From assembly GCA_964016885.1 (NCBI GenBank), contig OZ024748.1:38564001-38628000 (forward strand): a stretch of DNA of 64,000 nucleotides. Direction: 5' to 3'. Source of the DNA: Eledone cirrhosa. Lineage: Eukaryota. Of this stretch, positions 55,997-64,000 are shown one piece after another; position 1 is the stretch's first letter; the number at the start of each line of letters is the position of its first letter. The notes beneath the pieces were generated by a model. It had not been told where the DNA came from and searched no databases. It was given only the letters and a program-made list of their open reading frames with translations. Made by a program: the position numbers and the translations under genes.

Positions 55997-56790
55997 CCTC
56001 CCCCGGTAGTACCTCCCTCCCCCGGTAGCACCCCCTCCCCCGATAGTACCTCTCTCCCCCGATAGTACCTCCCTCCCCCGATAGTACCCCCTCCCCGATA
56101 CTTCCTCCCTCCCCCGATAGTACCTCCCTCCCCGATAGTACCTCTCTCCCCCGGTAGTACCTCCCTCCCCCGGTAGTACCTCCCTCCCCCGATAGTTCCT
56201 CCCTCCCCCGGTAGTACCTCCCTCCCCCGATAGTTCCTCCCTCCCCCGGTAGTTCCTCCCTCCCCCGATAGTTCCTCCCTCCCCCGATAGTACCTCCCTC
56301 CCCTGGTAGTACCTCCCTCCCCCGGTAGTACCTCCCTCCCCCGGTAGTACCTCCCTCCCCCGGTAATTCCTCCCTCCCCCGATAGTTCCTCCCTCCCCCG
56401 ATAGTACCTCCCTCCCCCGGTAGTACCTCCCTCCCCCGGTAGTTCCTCCCTCCCCCGGTAGTTCCTCCCTCCCCCGATACTTCCTTTCTCCCCCGATAGT
56501 ACCTCCCTCACCCGATAGTTCCTTCCTCCCCCGATAGTACCTCCCTCCCCCCGGTAGTCCCCCCCTCCCCCGATACTTCCCCCCTCCCCCGATAGTACCT
56601 CCCTCCCCCGGTAGTTCCTTCCTCCCCCGATAGTACCTCCCTCCCCCGATAGTTCCTTCCTCCCCCGATAGTACCTCCCTCCCCCGGTAGTTCCTTCCTC
56701 CTCCGATAGTACCCGCCTCCCCCGATAGTACCTCCCTACCCCGATAGTATCCCCCTACCCCTATAGTACGCCCTCCCCTGATAGTTCCTG
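55997..56790. repeat. 19-bp C-rich minisatellite (cccccgatagtacctccct)
   Basis: direct reading, about 40 copies. Confidence 0.9.
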
Positions 56791-58716
56791 CAAACCTAGC
56801 AACTAAATACTTCCCTAAATTTACAAGAAAAAAAAACACCCTTGACAAACAAAAGTGATCTACTCTAAAGCCAACAACAACAACAACAACATAGCATGTA
56901 ACCACATAAAAGAATTATTCCTCCACAAACATCCAACTTTCACAAACCCAAATAGTTCCTCTGTTCTACCAACAAGAACATCCATGCCACCAGAATCAAA
57001 CCACCGCTCCTATCTCAGAATTCCATTCCTACCCTACCACAGCACCCCATTCCTACCCTACCACCAGCACCCAGCCGCTACCCTACCACCAAGACCATGT
57101 TTCCACCCTACCACCAGAACCACTTCCCTACCAGAACTACGTCTCTAACCCAACACCAAGACCACACAACTGCTGACATTGAATATCACTGCTGGAAAAG
57201 CAATGAGACTATTAAGATTTCATTCTTTATGGATCCGTGAGAAATTTGACTGTTATTTCTTGCAGTTGCTGTAACCAAGTAGAAGTCCTCCTTTTTCTCT
57301 AGAAGCTGGTAATGTTTGATAAGGCTGCAGTAAATTGTTACTAAATAATTAATGATAATTAAAACCCCCAAAGAAACATTACTAAAAATTATATGTTTGT
57401 AAAAATATATTTTAAAAGATGTTGAAACTTGCTATTTAGCCCCAGGTTAGTCTTGTTTAAACAGACCTCATAAGCTTCGAGAAAATTTTCAAAATGTCTG
57501 CCACACGCGAACTTGTAAAATATGTGAAATTTTATCCAGCTTAAAAAATGTCAAATATCATGTGAATTATTCAATTTGTTACGTTGAAACGATGAGATAT
57601 TTTATTAATAGATTCTATATTTGTTAAAATAGACAATGTAAATACGTCTGTATTTCTACTACTACTACCGTTTAGAAACTTGAAATGTTGCCTCATTTCA
57701 AATTAGAAACAATGTTCGGAAGAAAGAAGTTAAGACATTAGCAGAATGTAATTTCCTGCTACTGAGGTGTGAGCAATATTGTGTTAATTGTTTCAACATC
57801 TTCGAGAACAACTTAAAATGAAACCCGAACCTCTACAAGAACCCACTAACACACAACAAGACATTCACTAGTAAAGCTACCTGCATTCCAAACAAGATAT
57901 AAACATGCATACTTCATATTATTTAAGGATTTATTTTGAAAACTTCTTCACAAGTCAAGACTTTGATAAATTACCTACGAACAACAAAAAAATGAAATAA
58001 ATAAAAAGTAAACAGAAACTGGTTTCTCCTAAAATAATCTATATTATATTGATTGTTCTGATTTTGGGGTCAGTCTGTCACACGAACCCTAGGATATTAT
58101 AAAATCGTCGTAGAATTGTTTTTCTTTATTGATATGATCAATACCATAATGATTAAGAAGAGATTTGACTGCTATTTCTAACAAGGTTTAGTGACAACGT
58201 TTCGACGATCCTTCTGAGTTCTAGAATTGTTTTTACAATACTCGATAAACTGAATATTATCGATGCAGTTTTTCCTATCTTACAGCCTGGGGTCTCCACT
58301 CCTGTTTGAATCGGAGGAGCCTATCTCTGTCCAAGCAGAAACACAGCCGATTTATTCTAGTGAAAAGGAAAATGATACCGAAGAATCGATCCCAGTACTT
58401 GACTGGGACCTTATTTATCAATCTCGAAAGGATGAAAGGCAAAGTTGACCTGAATGGGATTCGAACTCGGAACACAGAGAGCCTGGACGAATACCACGAG
58501 GAATTGTCAAGTGGGCTACTATGACGCCCACAGCCACGTGGATTATATCCATTTTGAAGATATTGTACTTCCAGCCGTGCGTTAATTTGGCTGGAAGTTT
58601 TCATTTCCTGTTAATGTCTGTGACATCTCAACAGTTATTTATCTTTTGTCTCATGTTATCCACACTTTCATTGTCACTTTAGTTGTTATCCAGACCACTG
58701 AATATGTGATTTCATT

Positions 58717-58934
58717 TACCAGGGGTGGGGCTGAAAAGTTCTTAGGCCGACTATGAAGGAGTGATGCTAGAGCTGTGAAATCTTGCATGCATTAATTTCA
58801 ACTACTTATCAATAACTGCATTGTTTCTTTACAGGGACTATGTTGAAAAATAAACCTCATTTGGTCATTCCATGAAAGTATCTTGGTCAGTCTATGACCC
58901 TTTCATCCTATGAATCTTTCAACCTATCCTCGTA
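58717..58934 (+). mobile_element. internally deleted Tc1/mariner element (MITE)
   Basis: TIR-like ends ta.caggggtggggctgaaaagttc / gaatctttcaacctatcctcgta; gggactatgttgaaaaataa = GDYVEK*, the mariner transposase C-terminus. Confidence 0.75.
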
Positions 58935-59559
58935 TAAATATATTTTGCATTCTTTATTATTAATAATTGATATAATTAAGATAAAGTCGATCTCGGTGGG
59001 ACTACAATTTAGAACGTAAAGCGCTGTAATTAAATACCGCAAAACTTTTGGTCCGACAACCCTAATATTTCTGCCACCTCACCGCTCTTTTAAATATTTA
59101 AATAAATTATTTAAAAGGGTTTTAAGAAACAATGACTCGCTCGTTTTAAAAAGAATACTGTCTAGAATTAGCTGCGATGAAATACGATTTAATGCAGAAA
59201 AATAGGTTTTTCAAAGAAAATATATTAAAAAGATGTAAACAAAAATAGCCAAATAATAAATGTAATAAATTTTTCTTTCACAGAAAAACAAAGCAATTTG
59301 CACACGTCACTAATATGTTTAAGACGGAAGTAAAATGTAAAAATGTCTGCAACACAAACGATGTTAAAAAGTGTAAAGTTTGGTTAAGAAAATAGAAAAT
59401 ATGAGACAATTTAATTGAAAAATAACTTCCAAATATTTCCACCAAACTTCCTGGGTTGCTTGGGAAACGAGAAAATTGGGAGAAGTTTAATAAAACAAAA
59501 CCCCGTGAAATATATAGTTATAGGGTCGACTTGATAGGGGGTCATGTGGGGTTAGTCTT

Positions 59560-59852
59560 AGGAGAGAAGAAACCTTTTGAAATTATAGGGTCCACTTAGG
59601 GAGTTGTGAAGAGTCACTCTTAGGAAAGAAAAAAATCTTCTTGAGTTGCTGTAAAGACCACACAGGGAGTTGTGAGGAGTCAATCTTGAGAAAGAAAAAA
59701 TCTTGAAATTATAGGGTCTTCTCGAGTTGCTGTAAAGCCCACATAGGGAGTTGTGAGGGATCAATCTTAGGAAAAAAAAAATCTTGAAATTATAGGGTCT
59801 TTTTGAGCTTGTGTAAAGCCCACATAGGGGGTTGTGAGTCAATCTTAGAAGA
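59560..59852. repeat. ~81-bp minisatellite, ~3.5 copies
   Basis: gagttgctgtaaag at 59643 and 59724. Confidence 0.75.
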
Positions 59853-60124
59853 GAAATAATACTCTTTGTTATACACACCTTATATCGTCTAACTTAATAC
59901 TTTTCATCATTATGCCAATAAGTATATATATATATGTACGTGTACATACTTATATTTAAGTAACAGCCGTACTAAGAGTGGGAAATGAAATATCGTTTCA
60001 TTTTTTCCGTTTATCGTTTTCGGTGCACCCGGCCGATTAACCCACTCGATATGCAAATTGGGCTACTCAGCCGTTAATATGCATAAGGTAAGTATATACG
60101 TTCAACAATCTGGCAGGAAGGTAT

Positions 60125-60167
60125 ACGTTGCTGACGATAGCTAACAAGCTTGAAACTAGTACAGCGT
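60125..60167 (+). ncRNA. minimal type I hammerhead ribozyme, copy 1
   Basis: acgttg CTGACGA t agct aaca agct t GAAA ctag TA cagcgt; palindromic ACTAGT. Confidence 0.88.
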
Positions 60168-60546
60168 TCCTTTGTCAGTGTTGAACAAACGAGCAACGGT
60201 GGTTGCTAGACACTACGGCTTAATACGGGATGTTTGTTTACAAACACACCGAGCATTATAATAAATGTTCGGTGAATCCATACGTGCATATATATATGTG
60301 TGCATGTATGTATATATATATATACATACTACTGTACGTCGGTATACATATATGTATGTACGTGTACATACTTATATTTAAGTAACAGCCGTACTAAGAG
60401 TGGGAAATGAAATATCGTTTCATTTTTTCCGTTTATCGTTTTCGGTGCACCCGGCCGATTAACCCACTCGATATGCAAATTGGGCTACTCAGCCGTTAAT
60501 ATGCATAAGGTAAGTATATACGTTCAACAATCTGGCAGGAAGGTAT

Positions 60547-60589
60547 ACGTTGCTGACGATAGCTAACAAGCTTGAAACTAGTACAGCGT
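60547..60589 (+). ncRNA. minimal type I hammerhead ribozyme, copy 2
   Basis: identical to copy 1. Confidence 0.88.
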
Positions 60590-60968
60590 TCCTTTGTCAG
60601 TGTTGAACAAACGAGCAACGGTGGTTGCTAGACACTACGGCTTAATACGGGATGTTTGTTTACAAACACACCGAGCATTATAATAAATGTTCGGTGAATC
60701 CATACGTGCATATATATATGTGTGCATGTATGTATATATATATATACATACTACTGTACGTCGGTATACATATATGTATGTACGTGTACATACTTATATT
60801 TAAGTAACAGCCGTACTAAGAGTGGGAAATGAAATATCGTTTCATTTTTTCCGTTTATCGTTTTCGGTGCACCCGGCCGATTAACCCACTCGATATGCAA
60901 ATTGGGCTACTCAGCCGTTAATATGCATAAGGTAAGTATATACGTTCAACAATCTGGCAGGAAGGTAT

Positions 60969-61011
60969 ACGTTGCTGACGATAGCTAACAAGCTTGAAAC
61001 TAGTACAGCGT
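60969..61011 (+). ncRNA. minimal type I hammerhead ribozyme, copy 3
   Basis: identical to copy 1. Confidence 0.88.
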
Positions 61012-61627
61012 TCCTTTGTCAGTGTTGAACAAACGAGCAACGGTGGTTGCTAGACACTACGGCTTAATACGGGATGTTTGTTTACAAACACACCGAGCAT
61101 TATAATAAATGTTCGGTGAATCCATACGTGCATATATATATGTGTGCATGTATGTATATATATATATACATACTACTGTACGTCGGTATACATATATGTA
61201 TGTACGTGTACATACTTATATTTAAGTAACAGCCGTACTAAGAGTGGGAAATGAAATATCGTTTCATTTTTTCCGTTTATATATATATATATATGTGTAT
61301 GTATATATATATGTGTGTGTACGTATGTGTGTGTGTGTGCATGTGTGTGTGTGTGTATGTATGTGTATGTATGTATGTGCATTTGTACATGTATGTATGT
61401 ATGTATGCATGCATGCGTGTGTGTATGTATGTGTATATTTATGTATATATATGTATGTATGAACTGGTCCTTACTATAGCGACTGTGGAAGCTATCAATT
61501 CATTGACATCATGAATAAGCCGTTTATTGATTGGCCTGTTCAACCAGTCCTTGACCTTACACAACCATCAAAGATTTCGTTGAATACATAGAATTAGATT
61601 GGTTCTCTTTCTCTTATATACAATTAT

Positions 61628-61916
61628 GTAAGGGAAGAGACAAGACTTTACGTAAGGGAAGAGACAAGACTTTACGTAAGGGAAGAGACAAGACTTTACG
61701 TAAGGGAAGAGACAAGACTTTACGTAAGGGAAGAGACAAGACTTTACGTAAGGGAAGAGATGAGACTTTATATAAGGGAAGAGACGAGACTTTACGTAAG
61801 GGAAGAGACGAGACTTTCCGTAAGGGAAGAGACGAGACTTTACGTAAGGGAAGAGACGAGACTTTCCGTAAGGGAAGAGACGAGACTTTCCGTAAGAGGA
61901 AAGACGAGACTTTACG
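61628..61916. repeat. 24-bp minisatellite (gtaagggaagagacaagactttac), ~12 copies
   Basis: direct reading. Confidence 0.95.
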
Positions 61917-62129
61917 ATAGGTAAGAAGCAAACCAATAATGGAGCTACTACATGGTCGATCAACCTGCTAGAAGAAGTAGCTAAATCTCATTCAAATCGC
62001 TTCCTATCTGGGTTTATTTTATGCTGTTGTTTGTTCAAGAGATATGCTGGGTAATGTAGTCAGGGATTCACTACACATAAATAATGGGATAGTCAAGGTT
62101 GTCCTTGATCAAGGTCGACCTGAGACAAC

Positions 62130-64000
62130 ACCAACACGAGTACATAATGTCTACCAGATGTACCAGAGTTTCCTCTAAAGCTAAACACCTCCAGTACCAG
62201 TGGATGACGTTTAACAGAGGTACCCCAACTCGATCTAAAGCTAAACACCACCACTCACGCAAGATGAGATCTATGAGAGGTACCCACCTCGATCTAAAGA
62301 CCACCACCAACACAAGATGAGGTCTATGAGAGGGACCCCACCTCGATCTAAACACCACCACCCACACAAGATGAGGTGTATAAGAGGTACCCCACCTCGA
62401 TCTAAACACCACCAGCCACACAAGATGAGGTGTATGAGAGGTATCCCACCTCGATCTAAACAGCACCACCAACACTAGATGAGATCTCCAGAGGTACCCC
62501 ACCTCGATCTAAACACCATCAACAACACAAGATGAGGTCTACCAGAGGTACCCCACCTCGATCTAAATACCACCAACAACACAAGATGAGGTCTACCAGA
62601 GGTACCCCACCTCGATCTAAACACCATCAACAACACAAGATGAGGTCTACCAGAGGTACCCCACCTCGATCTAAATACCACCAACAACACAAGATGAGGT
62701 CTACCAGAGGTACCCCACCTCGATCTAAACACCATCAACAACACAAGATGAGGTCTACCAGAGGTACCCCACCTCGATCTAAATACCATCAACAACACAA
62801 GATGAGGTCTACCAGAGGTACCCCACCTCGATCTAAACACCATCAACAACACAAGATGAGGTCTACCAGAGGTACCCCACCTCGATCTAAACACCATCAA
62901 CAACACAAGATGAGGTCTACCAGAGGTACCCCACCTCGATCTAAACACCATCAACAACACAAGATGAGGTCTACCAGAGGTACCCCACCTCGATCTAAAC
63001 ATCATCAACAACACAAGATGAGGTCTACCAGAGGTACCCACCTCGATCTAAACACCATCAAAAACACAAGATGAGGTCTACTAGAGGTACCCCACCTCGA
63101 TCGAAACACCATCAACAACACAAGATGAGGTCTACCAGAGGTACCCCACCTCGATCTAAACACCATCAACAACACAAGATGAGGTCTACCAGAGGTACCC
63201 CACCTCGATCTAAATACCATCAACAACACAAGATGAGGTCTACCAGAGGTACCCACCTCTATCTAAACACCATCAAAAACACAAGATGAGGTCTACTAGA
63301 GGTACCCCACCTCGATAAACACCATCAACAACACAAGATGAGGTCTCCAGAGGTACCCCACCTCGATCTAAACACCATCAACAACACAAGATGAGGTCTA
63401 CCAGAGGTACCCCACCTCGATCTAAACACCATCAACAACACAAGATGAGGTCTACCAGAGGTACCCCACCTCGATCTAAACATCATCAACAACACAAGAT
63501 GAGGTCTACCAGAGGTACCCCACCTCGATCTAAACACCATCAACAACACAAGATGAGGTCTACCAGAGGTACGCCACCTCGATCTAAACACCATCAACAA
63601 CACAAGATGAGGTCTACCAGAGGTACCCCACCTCGATCTAAACATCATCAACAACACAAGATGAGGTCTACCAGAGGTACCCCACCTCGATCTAAACACC
63701 ATCAACAACACAAGATGAGGTCTACCAGAGGTACCCCACCACGATCTAAACACCATCAACAACACAAGATGAGGTCTACCAGAGGTACCCCACCTCGATC
63801 TAAACACCATCAAAAACACAAGATGAGGTCTACCAGAGGTACCCCACCTCGATCTAAACACCATCAACAACACAAGATGAGGTCTCCAGAGGTACCCCAC
63901 CTCGATCTAAACACCATCAACAACACAAGATGAGGTCTACCAGAGGTACCCCACCACGATCTAAACACCATCAACAACACAAGATGAGGTCTACCAGAGG
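62130..64000. repeat. 54-bp minisatellite running off the window; left edge more diverged
   Basis: gatgaggtctaccagaggtaccccacctcgatctaaacaccatcaacaacacaa; explains the 18-aa periodic ORFs. Confidence 0.95.

Larger units (their letters stand above)
59935..61279 (+). mobile_element. tandem array of a 422-bp hammerhead-bearing unit (~3.2 apparently identical copies), retrozyme/pLTR-like, family 11
   Basis: CTGACGA at 60131, 60553 and 60975 (spacing 422); TA-rich flanks. Confidence 0.9.

Noticed and set aside
55907-56905. 332-aa Gly/Arg-rich ORF with a unique C-terminal tail
   Set aside because: Almost all 19-bp minisatellite; a possible short exon at 55907-55981 has no independent support
57186-57371. 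61-aa minus-strand ORF after a cAG
   Set aside because: No recognisable motif or donor site; overlaps a short dispersed repeat (gaaatagcagtcaaat-like)
62475-63933. 180-190-aa repetitive ORFs on both strands
   Set aside because: 54-bp minisatellite with frameshifting unit variants

Overview
Repeat-rich animal genomic DNA. The SINE/RTE/Penelope repertoire suggests an octopus-like cephalopod (inference). Positions 52-11051 (+) hold the last nine exons of a HELLS/LSH SNF2-family helicase gene. The rest is intronic or intergenic and includes about 14.5 kb of imperfect (TA)n, many minisatellites, three decayed Penelope-like retroelements (PLEs), a Tx1/L1-type LINE, SINEs, a mariner MITE, Helitron-like ends and two orphan minus-strand exons. 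The main signal is a dense population of type I hammerhead ribozyme (HHR) motifs, read by eye: about 28 copies in about 11 sequence families. They occur in three settings. (i) Non-coding 140-520 bp fold-back palindromes in or beside (TA)n tracts, with one outward-pointing HHR per arm. (ii) Inverted pseudo-LTRs of PLEs. (iii) A 422-bp x3 tandem array in which each HHR lies inside a putative 91-nt GT-AG intron (retrozyme-like). Several families have non-canonical cores: U3:A8 swap, U4A, a U.U pair opening stem II, or an extra nucleotide after A9. All folds are manual and no activity has been shown.
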